A stretch of 64,000 nt of DNA from Anaerolineaceae bacterium (GCA_035315125.1 DATFYI010000164.1:444-64443), one strand, 5' to 3'; positions 33,792 through 42,504 are shown, counted from the stretch's first letter. Notes: generated from the letters alone by a model not told the origin. Numbers and translations: made by a program.

Positions 33792-36188
33792 TTAAGCCGG
33801 GTTATTTCTAATTTCCAGGTATGCATGAAAAGGAACATTAATTTTATAACGTTCAAATCCAGTTTCTTCAGTAACGCGTTTTGCAAGTTTCTGTATTACT
33901 TTTTTTCTGCTTTCATCATACACAAATTCAAAGCTATTTATATCCGTTTCCAATCCTAGAAACGTTGAATCAATTAATAAATCAATTATAGAATCCACAT
34001 TTGACTTAGGAATTTTGACCTTTTCTAATAATTCTTGGATCTCATTTCTTGAAATAATCTCTTTTCCACCGGCAAATTCATAAAGAAAATCTTCAATTCC
34101 ATCAAATTGTGTTTCGGTCTCAGCTAGTAAGGAACTAAAAGCCAATTCGGAGTAGCTATCTTCAGCTTGAAGAATATCTTTTTCTTCAATTTTTTTGTTT
34201 TTATGATTAACAGCATTATTCAATGCATTTTTACAAAGAAAAATTAAATCCCTTGGCCTAGGAATAATCCGACTAACCAGATATTCTTTAATTGGCAAAT
34301 TATTGATTTTTGAAACAAAATACTTTTCCCAAATATTGTCTATGTCAATCTCTGTAGATGAACTTAAGAATCGTTCTTCTATTATTCGTTGTAATAATTG
34401 ATGGTCATTCCAATCCATTCTAGTAAAATTTAATTTATCGCTTTCTCTTGCATTGGACTTAACATAAGAAAATATATCACTTCGCAAGAAAATTATTAAC
34501 GATAAATGAACCGGTGCAAATCTCATCTTTTGTTTATTAAATTCATCGGCAATAGTTTGCCCACAACTAAGTAATCCGAATAGAAAATCTGTTAAAAGTT
34601 TAATGTTTTCCCCCTTTTCCCATGCTTTATCTAGATTGTCTATTAATATTATTACTTTATTTTTAGTTTCTAAAATGTTGCCAAGGAGTTCTCGCAATTC
34701 GCCTAAAATCTTAATGTGGAGTATTTCACTCACCTTGGCACGCTGTTCTCTAATATTGAATTGCAAGTTTAATCCGCATAAATTATCAATAGCATATTCC
34801 ATTCGCCAGGTAAAATCTTGTTTTATAAATGGTTGATTATTTTCAATAAATGTTATTAAATTTTTCTCCTTTTCTGTGGAATCTATATATGAAGGCTTAT
34901 TATTAATATTGCTATAAACAAGATTCGCCAATTCAGTATATATAAGAAATTTCCATAAGCTTTCAATCAGATAACCGGGGTCTGCTTTCGTAATGTTCGA
35001 ACTTAATAGACGCAGTACACCCTCAAGTTCATAATCAATGGGCTTAATAATGCACACTAAATTTCGTTTATCTAATTCGAGTTGCTTAGCGATTTGGAAC
35101 AAATTCGCCGTTTTTCCGCTCCCCTTTCGACCAATATATATTAAGTATTTTTCTGCTTTTAGAGCTTGAAAATAAGAAGCAGTAGTGACAAAATAATCGC
35201 TTAATTGCTGTTCTTCATTCTCAGCCACATATTCACCGATATTAATTTTTTGCAAATCAGCCATCAATGCTAAATTTGTTTTTCTTTCTTGCCCTTCTTC
35301 ATCAATAGTAAAAAATTTATTTTTAACCCAAGGTAGCCAAGTTTCTAATTTAGCCTTTAATTCAGAAGCAGTTTCATGAATATAAAGGAGGTCTCGAAAA
35401 TCAATTGGCGAATTAAATGGTGAATGGGCTAACATTAGTAGCGGTTTACCAAGACCAAATGCTATTCCTGAAATGATGGAATATTTCGAATTTTGTATTA
35501 GTCCGATATTTTCTTCTCTGTCTTCACTTATAAAATGGGCTATTACTCCAAACGAAGAATAGACATTTTGAGCATACCAGATTAATGGTTGCCCAGATAT
35601 TTCTTTGTTGTCATCAACTACTAATCGTATTTTCGACTCTTTTAAACTTCGATTAAGCTCAATGCTAGCATCAGTATTTACTTCGCTTTTTAAGTAAAAC
35701 AAGAATGGCTTTCTATCCTGATATTGAGATTCAAGGTTTTCGAAAATCCTTTTATAAATGGTTGACTCTAAATCTAGATAAGGTTGTTCTATAAAGAAAT
35801 TTCTTGTAAGATCTACGGAGTTTTGATATGCCGAGTATGCAATAGTTGATAATAACCCCAATTTTTTATAATTCTTTACAGATTCATCTAAAGATGTGTC
35901 CAGCGTTATCCAAATTCTTTTATTTCTTGAAATCGCATATCCAAGTTCAAATAAAACGTTCCTATTTAAAATTGTTAAATCACAGATGAAAATATCACAA
36001 TCATCTATTGATTTACATATTTCAGAAATGATTTCCTTCCCAGTGTTATTTAATGTTTTCCACCCAACCATATTGACATAATCACTTGCACAGCCATTTA
36101 CATTGGATATAAACAATTCAATGGATTCTCCCCTATCAAGAGGCTTCTCGGGATATGCAACAAAACATTTTGCACTTGTCATTTCCAT
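33792..36188 (-). CDS. tandem TIR-like (Cap12/Pycsar-effector-type) domains fused to a P-loop NTPase and a helical C-terminal region (798 aa); candidate defence protein
   Basis: Domain 1 has CFVAYPEKP...DIFICDLTILNRNVLFELGYAISRNKRIWI. Domain 2 has FLFYLKSE...AHFISEDREEN...SIISGIAFGLGKPLLML. Walker A is YIGRKGSGKTANL and Walker B is KVIILIDNLDKAWE, followed by an arginine-containing IIPRPRDLIFL segment. Codon usage is very AT-rich. Confidence 0.7.
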   Translation of the reverse strand: MEMTSAKCFVAYPEKPLDRGESIELFISNVNGCASDYVNMVGWKTLNNTGKEIISEICKSIDDCDIFICDLTILNRNVLFELGYAISRNKRIWITLDTSLDESVKNYKKLGLLSTIAYSAYQNSVDLTRNFFIEQPYLDLESTIYKRIFENLESQYQDRKPFLFYLKSEVNTDASIELNRSLKESKIRLVVDDNKEISGQPLIWYAQNVYSSFGVIAHFISEDREENIGLIQNSKYSIISGIAFGLGKPLLMLAHSPFNSPIDFRDLLYIHETASELKAKLETWLPWVKNKFFTIDEEGQERKTNLALMADLQKINIGEYVAENEEQQLSDYFVTTASYFQALKAEKYLIYIGRKGSGKTANLFQIAKQLELDKRNLVCIIKPIDYELEGVLRLLSSNITKADPGYLIESLWKFLIYTELANLVYSNINNKPSYIDSTEKEKNLITFIENNQPFIKQDFTWRMEYAIDNLCGLNLQFNIREQRAKVSEILHIKILGELRELLGNILETKNKVIILIDNLDKAWEKGENIKLLTDFLFGLLSCGQTIADEFNKQKMRFAPVHLSLIIFLRSDIFSYVKSNARESDKLNFTRMDWNDHQLLQRIIEERFLSSSTEIDIDNIWEKYFVSKINNLPIKEYLVSRIIPRPRDLIFLCKNALNNAVNHKNKKIEEKDILQAEDSYSELAFSSLLAETETQFDGIEDFLYEFAGGKEIISRNEIQELLEKVKIPKSNVDSIIDLLIDSTFLGLETDINSFEFVYDESRKKVIQKLAKRVTEETGFERYKINVPFHAYLEIRNNPA

Positions 36189-36241
36189 CCTCCGACAATC
36201 CAGTATGTGGGGGGCGTTGGCAATACGCCATCCCTCTTGCC

Positions 36242-36418
36242 TTACTTTTCGTAAGCTATTGGGTTATCTTTCTTGTTTTCACCATTCCATCCCGCACATA
36301 ATATCCCCTCAGGCACAATGAAAATTATTTGAGGCTCTGCTGTTACAAGAATTGGCAAACGGCGGTAAATAAAAGAATATATCCCACCTGGAATAAACGA
36401 ATGCCGATAATTAGGCAT
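36242..36418 (-). pseudogene. decayed Y1 (IS200/RAYT-type, COG1943-like) transposase fragment
   Basis: MPNYRHSFIPGGIYSFIYRRLPIL resembles the conserved N-terminus MPNYRR..vPGGtYFFTv..rR.piL of REP-associated tyrosine transposases. The HUH region is missing and the fragment is about 58 aa. Confidence 0.4.
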
Positions 36419-36470
36419 AAAAATATTATAGCAGTTTTGCGATTTTTGTCGCGTTGTCAACACATCCTAC

Positions 36471-37376
36471 TTAACTAATGGAGATGGATCGCCAGAAACG
36501 CATTTCAGTTTTGTAATGTAATTGCATATAAATTTGATCCAGGAAATGTTCAATCTCTTTCGTGTCCCATCCATAAAGTCGCCATAAACACCATAGTACT
36601 TTTGCGAATGACGTTACAGATATATTGCAAAGATACATGGCACTTTCGGGATGAAGGTGCTTTTCAATGGCATTTGTATCCTGTCCTTCTGGGTTTTCTA
36701 CATCGTTGATACGAAACGCAATCTTCCATAGGGCCCAATGATGACCATGAGCAATTGCTGATAAGAGCCGATAATCTGCTTCTCGATCTAAAGTTGTTCC
36801 AATCAAATCTATAATGCTTGGCATACGTAAGGCAATGCCATTAATATTTCCATTCTTATTCAATAGTCGAGGATAGCCAAGTGAGACGGCGTCTTGTTCT
36901 ACCTTTATTATTCTCTGTTGCGCCATATCTATTTCCGTTTGCATTTTCTTTAAATCTAAAAACTTGATTTGTTCAATAAACCCTTCATAACGAAAAGCAA
37001 AACACCTTCCTACTCGAGTCTTTGCATCAATCGTAGGATCAAGAAACCAAACGGCGATAGCACATGACTCTAATAAACCACGCACACATGTCCAGGGTGC
37101 AATGGTCTTGGCTGGTTCAGTCATAGAATCAGCAAAAGCCATGAAATGATCAGCCGCTGATTCCATTGATAATATTCCCCTATAATGCACATCCTTAATA
37201 AGTACTTGATTTGAGAAACTATTCCGTTCTTGAACTGCAAGAGATCCGGATGCAGGTTCATTATTGTATTTGTTATAAATCTGTGCTGACCCATCAATTA
37301 AATTATGTACAGTAGAAAGCATATTTAGCACGTCTTCATATGTAAATTTTGAAATTGTGTTCCTAATCTCAGACAT
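36471..37376 (-). CDS. orphan all-alpha-looking protein (301 aa), partner of the TIR-like NTPase gene
   Basis: AT-rich ORF on the same strand and in the same island. No motif recognised; it contains AIAHGHHWALWK. Confidence 0.55.
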   Translation of the reverse strand: MSEIRNTISKFTYEDVLNMLSTVHNLIDGSAQIYNKYNNEPASGSLAVQERNSFSNQVLIKDVHYRGILSMESAADHFMAFADSMTEPAKTIAPWTCVRGLLESCAIAVWFLDPTIDAKTRVGRCFAFRYEGFIEQIKFLDLKKMQTEIDMAQQRIIKVEQDAVSLGYPRLLNKNGNINGIALRMPSIIDLIGTTLDREADYRLLSAIAHGHHWALWKIAFRINDVENPEGQDTNAIEKHLHPESAMYLCNISVTSFAKVLWCLWRLYGWDTKEIEHFLDQIYMQLHYKTEMRFWRSISIS

Positions 37377-37555
37377 ATAAAATTCCCTTCTTGTTTCTTA
37401 ATGCATTGCCCCTTGACCTTGATCCATTTGATGGACACCGAATTGAGGTCGATCCTAATAATTGGTCCCGAATTCAGCTCGGGATAAACACCTCGAGCCG
37501 AATGCAACTTGACGGTATTGTAAAACCCTTACAAAAATCGGATCTGCCCTTATTT

Positions 37556-37903
37556 TCACAGCGCTTCCAAAATAGCCTGCGCCACGCCATCTAAATTCTT
37601 CAAAACCTCGTCGTTCCAGAAACGCAATACCCGGTAGCCCTTGGATTTAAGGAAAGCGGTACGCTCAAGGTCATATTCTTGCTGGTCAAGATGCTGGCCT
37701 CCGTCCAGCTCGATCACCAATTTCTGGCGCGGGGCGCAAAAATCAACGATGTAAGGGCCGATGGCGTGTTGGCGGCGGAAGTGGATGTCCTCTAATTGGT
37801 GCGAACGCAGCGCTCGCCATAGTCTGGCTTCGGCCTCGGTCTGGTTGTGGCGCAGTTGGCGGGAATTCGAGAAGGTTTGCGGGCTGGTGCGACGGTGGGT
37901 CAT
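37556..37903 (-). CDS. DUF559 (Vsr-like) endonuclease domain protein
   Basis: RQLRHNQTEAEARLWRALR...FRRQHAIGPYIVDFCAPRQKLVIELDGGQH...DLERTAFLKSKGYRVLRFWNDEV. Start at the ATG at 37903; the track TTG start lies inside a palindromic repeat. Confidence 0.85.
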   Translation of the reverse strand: MTHRRTSPQTFSNSRQLRHNQTEAEARLWRALRSHQLEDIHFRRQHAIGPYIVDFCAPRQKLVIELDGGQHLDQQEYDLERTAFLKSKGYRVLRFWNDEVLKNLDGVAQAILEAL

Positions 37904-37916
37904 ACCCCCTCCAGCT

Positions 37917-37945
37917 CCCCCAATTTTAAAAACCAAAATTGGGGG
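37917..37945. repeat. G/C-capped palindromic (REP-like) hairpin
   Basis: CCCCCAATTTT-N7-AAAATTGGGGG, a perfect 11-bp inverted repeat. Confidence 0.55.
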
Positions 37946-38014
37946 AGAGAAAAACAGAGCATTTCAGGCAAAATTGGGTACGGAGAGCATCTTATTATAA
38001 GATTTACAGCTTGT

Positions 38015-38223
38015 CCCCTCCGCTAAAATCCGGTTTTTGGATTTGTCAAAGCTGGGCCTGTAAAAATCGGGGCAATTGTGGTCGTGGATATATGGTTTTA
38101 CCCCCCCGCTGAAATCCGGTTTTTGGATTTGGCAAAGGTGGGTCTTTAAAAAACCAGGTTAATGATGGTCGTGGATATATGGTCTTACTCCTCCCCCAAA
38201 ATCATGTTTTTTGATTTTGGGGG
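38015..38223. repeat. tandem ~86-bp repeat (2 full copies + partial), each containing a palindromic hairpin
   Basis: Copy 1 is 38015-38096 and copy 2 is 38101-38183; they share CCCC(T/C)CCGCT(A/G)AAATCCGGTTTTTGGATTTG...GGTCGTGGATATATGGT. A third palindrome CCCCAAAATCATGTTTTTTGATTTTGGGG lies at 38194-38222. Confidence 0.7.
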
Positions 38224-40394
38224 AGGCGGGAGGGGGTGATCCGCTCCGGCGTGAAGGGAATCTGTCTCAACCGCAGCCCGCTGGCATCGAAGATGGCGTT
38301 GGCCACTGCTGCCGCCGTGGTGACGGTGGTAGGCTCGCCGGCGCCCAGGGCCGGTTGCTCGGGCCGGTTGATCAGCACGATCTCGATCTCGGGCACTTCG
38401 GAGAACTTCAGAATGGGGTAGCTCTCCCAATCCACGCTGGTCTGGCGGATCTGGTCAAATTTGATCTCTTCTTTGAGCGCCCGGCTGAGGGATTGGATAA
38501 CGTTGCCTTCGATCTGGTTTTTCAGCCCATCCGGGTTGATGATCAGCCCGCAGTCGTGCGCCACCACGATGCGCGGCACACGTATCGTTCCATTGTTGAG
38601 ATCGACCTGCACGAAGGCGATGCAGGCCACGATGGCCTGGTCGTTTTCGTAGCGGGCGAAGGCCAAACCCCTTCCCTCGACCAAGCCCTCTTTTGGAGCG
38701 TTGTGAGCGGGCGAGGAATGCGCCTGCCAGCCGGCCTGATCGGCTGCGGCCTGCAGCACTTCTCGCAGGCGCGCCTCGTGCAGATAGCGCAGCCGGAATT
38801 CCAGCGCATCGGCACCGGCCGCCGCAGCCAGCTCGTCCATAAAGGATTCGTTGGCGAAGGTGTTTTCAGCCCCACCCAGGCTGCGGAAAGCCGAGGCACG
38901 CAGCGGGCTGTCCGAGAGCGAATGTACCGTCACGCGCTGCACTGGGAAGGCGTAGTTGGTGGGTGCGTTGCGCTCGGCCCCAAAGGAGAACGGCAGCGGC
39001 GGGGCGCTTTCGCCCGAGATCAGTTGGGTCGCCACGAATTGGTTACCAAAGCGCGGCCGGGCCACGTGCGAGGGCGACCAGACCTGGTAGTCCCAGGCGG
39101 TCACCGCACCCTGTACATCCAGGCCGGCGCTCACTTCCATCACCATGGCCGGCCCTTTTGGCTCCCACACGAACTCGTCTTCGCGACTCCACTGTACCCT
39201 TACCGGCCGGCCAACCGCCTGCGATAGCAACACCGCATCGGCGGCCACGTCATCCGAGCCGTTCTGGCCGTAGCCCCCGGCGCCTTCCATGTAGATGGTA
39301 TGGACTTTTTCCTTGGGCATTTCCAGCATCTCGGCCAGCGTGTCACGCAGCGGGTGCGGGCCCGAGCTGCTGGTCCAGACCGTCACCTGCTCGGCGCTGA
39401 CATCCGCCACGGCGCAGGCCGGCCCGATCGAGGCGTGGGCGTGATAGGGTTGGTAATAGGTGGCATGCACCTGGCGGGCGGAGCGCTGCAAGGCGGCGGC
39501 GACATCCCCGTTTTCGACCAGCACATTGTCCTGGGTTGGCTGGGAGCGCAGGCTGGTGAACAGATCCGCCATGGCCGGGAAGGCGGGCGTCTCCTGCCAG
39601 ACCACCTTCAGCTTTTTGGCAGCCAGCACGGCCTGCTCTTCGCGCTCGCATACCACTCCGATAAAGTTGCCGCGTTGCACCACTTTGACCAGCCCGGGCA
39701 GGTCGGCCAGCGAGCTCTCGTCCAGCGAGATCAGGTGGGATTTCAAATTCGGCGGGTGCACCATGCGGGCGTGCAACATGCCGGGCACTTCTAGATCCTG
39801 GATAAAGCTGCGCTGCCCGGTAAATTTGCCTGGCAAATCCACGCGTGGCACCGATCTACCCACGATAGTGTAGTCCTGCGGGTTCTTCAACGGGGCTTTG
39901 CCGGTCACCGTACGGTTGAACTTCTTACCGCCCATCAGCTCGGCATAGCTGGTGCTGCGCTCCGGGCGTTTGGTAACAAAGATGATGCCATCTTTTACAG
40001 ATAATTCGTCCGGGCTGGCGTCCAGTTTTTCCGAGGCCAACTCCAGCAAAGCGCGGCGCGCTTCAGCGGACGCTTTGCGCAGCGCTCCGCCGCTGGTCAG
40101 GATGGTCATGCTGCCGGCGGTATAGCCTTCGTTGGGGGTGCGGTCGCTGTCGCCCATCAGCATGTGGACGCGCTCGAAGGGCAGATCCAGCTCTTCGGCC
40201 ACAATTTGAGCCAGGGCGGTGCGTGTGCCGGTGCCCAGTTCCACTTTGCCGCTGAAGGCGGTCACGGAGCCATCCGGCTCGATGGCCAGCCAGTCATCCA
40301 GTTGGTCGGATAAGCGTCCCCAGAAGGCTTCAGCCCGTCCCGAGCCGGGACGTTGGCCCTGGCCGCGCGGCGGCCAGTTCGGGTTATTGCTCAT
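38202..40394 (-). CDS. molybdopterin-binding subunit of a xanthine dehydrogenase-family hydroxylase (IorB/aldehyde oxidase-like)
   Basis: 730-aa ORF with a typical family layout (GTGTRTALAQIVAEEL..., ...GAGEPTTVTTAAAVANAI). Overlaps the 2Fe-2S subunit gene by 4 nt. Confidence 0.8.
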   Translation of the reverse strand: MSNNPNWPPRGQGQRPGSGRAEAFWGRLSDQLDDWLAIEPDGSVTAFSGKVELGTGTRTALAQIVAEELDLPFERVHMLMGDSDRTPNEGYTAGSMTILTSGGALRKASAEARRALLELASEKLDASPDELSVKDGIIFVTKRPERSTSYAELMGGKKFNRTVTGKAPLKNPQDYTIVGRSVPRVDLPGKFTGQRSFIQDLEVPGMLHARMVHPPNLKSHLISLDESSLADLPGLVKVVQRGNFIGVVCEREEQAVLAAKKLKVVWQETPAFPAMADLFTSLRSQPTQDNVLVENGDVAAALQRSARQVHATYYQPYHAHASIGPACAVADVSAEQVTVWTSSSGPHPLRDTLAEMLEMPKEKVHTIYMEGAGGYGQNGSDDVAADAVLLSQAVGRPVRVQWSREDEFVWEPKGPAMVMEVSAGLDVQGAVTAWDYQVWSPSHVARPRFGNQFVATQLISGESAPPLPFSFGAERNAPTNYAFPVQRVTVHSLSDSPLRASAFRSLGGAENTFANESFMDELAAAAGADALEFRLRYLHEARLREVLQAAADQAGWQAHSSPAHNAPKEGLVEGRGLAFARYENDQAIVACIAFVQVDLNNGTIRVPRIVVAHDCGLIINPDGLKNQIEGNVIQSLSRALKEEIKFDQIRQTSVDWESYPILKFSEVPEIEIVLINRPEQPALGAGEPTTVTTAAAVANAIFDASGLRLRQIPFTPERITPSRLPQNQKT

Positions 40395-40870
40395 TGCTCA
40401 CCTCCCCACATCAGCTCGGCGGCCCGTTTGACAGCCCGCAGGATGCGCAGGTGGGAGCCGCAGCGGCACAAATTGCCGTCCAATGCGGCCCGGATTTTTT
40501 TGTCGCTCGGCTCCGGGTTCGTCAGCAGCAGGGCGGTGGCGCTGATGATCATACCGTTGGTACAGTAACCGCATTGCGCGGCCTCTTCTTCAATGAAGGC
40601 GCGCACCACCGGGTGCAGTTGTCCGTCTTCGTTGAGCCCTTCAAGGGTGGTGATGGGCGTTTGCCCCACCTCGGCCACCGTCAGCTTGCAGGACTGTTTC
40701 GCTTCGGCGCCGATCAGCACCATGCAGGCGCCGCACTGCTCCAGACCGCAGCCAAACTGCGGGGCGTGCAGCCCCAGTTCGTTGCGCAGCACATACAGCA
40801 GGGGTGTATCCGCCGCGGCCTGGACGGTATGGGATTTTCCATTGACTTGAATAACAAGATCGGATGCCAT
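40391..40870 (-). CDS. (2Fe-2S)-binding small subunit of molybdenum hydroxylase
   Basis: Cys clusters GCGLEQCGACMV and QCGYCTNGMI...CRCGSHLRI. Confidence 0.88.
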   Translation of the reverse strand: MASDLVIQVNGKSHTVQAAADTPLLYVLRNELGLHAPQFGCGLEQCGACMVLIGAEAKQSCKLTVAEVGQTPITTLEGLNEDGQLHPVVRAFIEEEAAQCGYCTNGMIISATALLLTNPEPSDKKIRAALDGNLCRCGSHLRILRAVKRAAELMWGGEQ

Positions 40871-40913
40871 TGAACTGAGCTCCTTTCTTACAAAGCGGAC
40901 CGTTAATTTCCAG

Positions 40914-41783
40914 CTATATTGTAATCAATCCAATGGCTACCAGACAGATCAATATCCCCATCCACTGGCTGCGGGACACTTTTTCTTTGAAGATCAGGCT
41001 GGATAGGAACACGGTTACGGCCGGATAGAGAGAAGCCAGCACCACCGCCACATCCAGCCGGGTGAGTTGTTTGGACAGCATGTAAAATAAATTGCCTCCC
41101 ACATCCAGCACGCCGGTCAGCAGGGCGGCCGGGTTGGAGTTAAGCGCTGGAAAAGGCAGGCGATTGATTTTGATCAAGAGCAGGCCGGTGCATAGCGCCA
41201 TGCTGCGAGCGATGATCACGGGCGTGAATATCTTGCCAGGATCCACCTGGCCAATGCAAATGAAAAAGCCTGCAAAGCCGGCGCCCGCCAGGCAAGCCAG
41301 CAGGAAACCCGGGCGGCTGGCCGAAGGTGCCTTACTGGCCGAAGGTGCTTTCCTGTCCGCAGGCGCTGCCGAGACCAGCCAGATACCGGCCAATGCCAGT
41401 CCGAATCCCAACAGCTTGAGCGGGCCCGGTAACCCTTCGGTAAATCCGGCGAATATCACCGGCAAAGCTGCCCCAATCACGCCGGCCGTGGGAGCCACGG
41501 TAGCAGCCGGGGCGCTCGCCAGGCCGCGATAAAAGGTGGCAATGCCAAGCCCACCGGATATCCCCGCTGCCATGGCCCACAGCATGCCCCCCAGCGAAGG
41601 AAAGCTCTCACGCCATAAAAGCGCCGCCACAATCACGATCAGCAGGCCGGAGAAAGAAGATATCGCCAGCACGTAGTACTGGCTGCTGCGCCGGGCGGCA
41701 TAGCCGCCGGCAAAGTCTCCGCTGCCCCAGGCGCAGGCAGCGGTTAAGGCCAGTACGATTCCGAGCAGGTTGGCAGGTAACAT
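40914..41783 (-). CDS. DMT superfamily (EamA-like) transporter
   Basis: About 10 TM segments in two EamA-like halves. Confidence 0.75.
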   Translation of the reverse strand: MLPANLLGIVLALTAACAWGSGDFAGGYAARRSSQYYVLAISSFSGLLIVIVAALLWRESFPSLGGMLWAMAAGISGGLGIATFYRGLASAPAATVAPTAGVIGAALPVIFAGFTEGLPGPLKLLGFGLALAGIWLVSAAPADRKAPSASKAPSASRPGFLLACLAGAGFAGFFICIGQVDPGKIFTPVIIARSMALCTGLLLIKINRLPFPALNSNPAALLTGVLDVGGNLFYMLSKQLTRLDVAVVLASLYPAVTVFLSSLIFKEKVSRSQWMGILICLVAIGLITI

Positions 41784-41784
41784 A

Positions 41785-42504
41785 TTAACTGAGCAGCGTC
41801 TGGCCGAACAGGATCAGGGCGCTAACGGCCGAGAGCGCCAATAAAAGGTAGCGGGTGGCATTTGCCGGCAGCTTGCCAATAAAAAATGCCGAAATCAGAA
41901 AGCCTAATACCACGCCGGGTAGCAGCCACAGGGTCAGATTGAGCTCGACTGCTCCCAGGCGGCCGGCCGGGATCAGCCCCAGCAGTGCAAAAAAACCGGA
42001 TAACATGAAAAAGCCTGAGAGTGTGGCGCGCAGTTTTTTGGGCTCCATCTCCTGGTTGACCAGTGCAACTGGCGGGCCGCCGATCGAAGCCAGCACACTG
42101 CCTAAACCGGAGACGAACCCGGCCAGGAGCAGGATCCAGACCTTGGGTGGGAAATGCAGCCCGCTCAGGCTGAGCGCCACCCCGGCCAGCACCAGCCCGG
42201 CCAGGATAAAGGCAATGGCTTTATGTGGAATCAATGGCAACAGATAACTTGCCAGCGCCGTGCCCGGCAGCATGCCGGCCGCCATCCAGCCGATGCCGCG
42301 CAGATCAATGCCGGTGCGGTCGCGCAGCACCATCAAGATCGTCAGCAGCAGGGCGCAGGCCAGGATCGGTCCAGGCACAAAGCGTGGCTGGTCCATCATT
42401 AAGATGGGCGAGGCGAACATATTCAAGCCCACGCCAACCACGCCCTGTAACATCGATCCAAAGGTGATCGTCAGCAGTGCGCCCAGAATCTGCAGTACAT
42501 TCAT
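41785..42504 (-). CDS. TauE/SafE family sulfite/anion exporter
   Basis: Polytopic 239-aa protein, GVVGVGLNMF...SGLGSVLASIGGPP pattern. Confidence 0.7.
   Translation of the reverse strand: MNVLQILGALLTITFGSMLQGVVGVGLNMFASPILMMDQPRFVPGPILACALLLTILMVLRDRTGIDLRGIGWMAAGMLPGTALASYLLPLIPHKAIAFILAGLVLAGVALSLSGLHFPPKVWILLLAGFVSGLGSVLASIGGPPVALVNQEMEPKKLRATLSGFFMLSGFFALLGLIPAGRLGAVELNLTLWLLPGVVLGFLISAFFIGKLPANATRYLLLALSAVSALILFGQTLLS

Noticed and set aside
36242-36463. The 73-aa ORF as an intact small gene of the candidate defence island.
   Set aside because: - Its only recognisable part is the N-terminal 25 aa of a Y1 transposase.
- The rest lacks the HUH and Tyr motifs.

It is treated as a remnant.
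38015-38223. Possible CRISPR array.
   Set aside because: - There are only about 2.5 units of about 86 bp, with no unique spacers between short repeats.
- The units are themselves about 80 percent identical throughout.
- There are no cas genes in the window.
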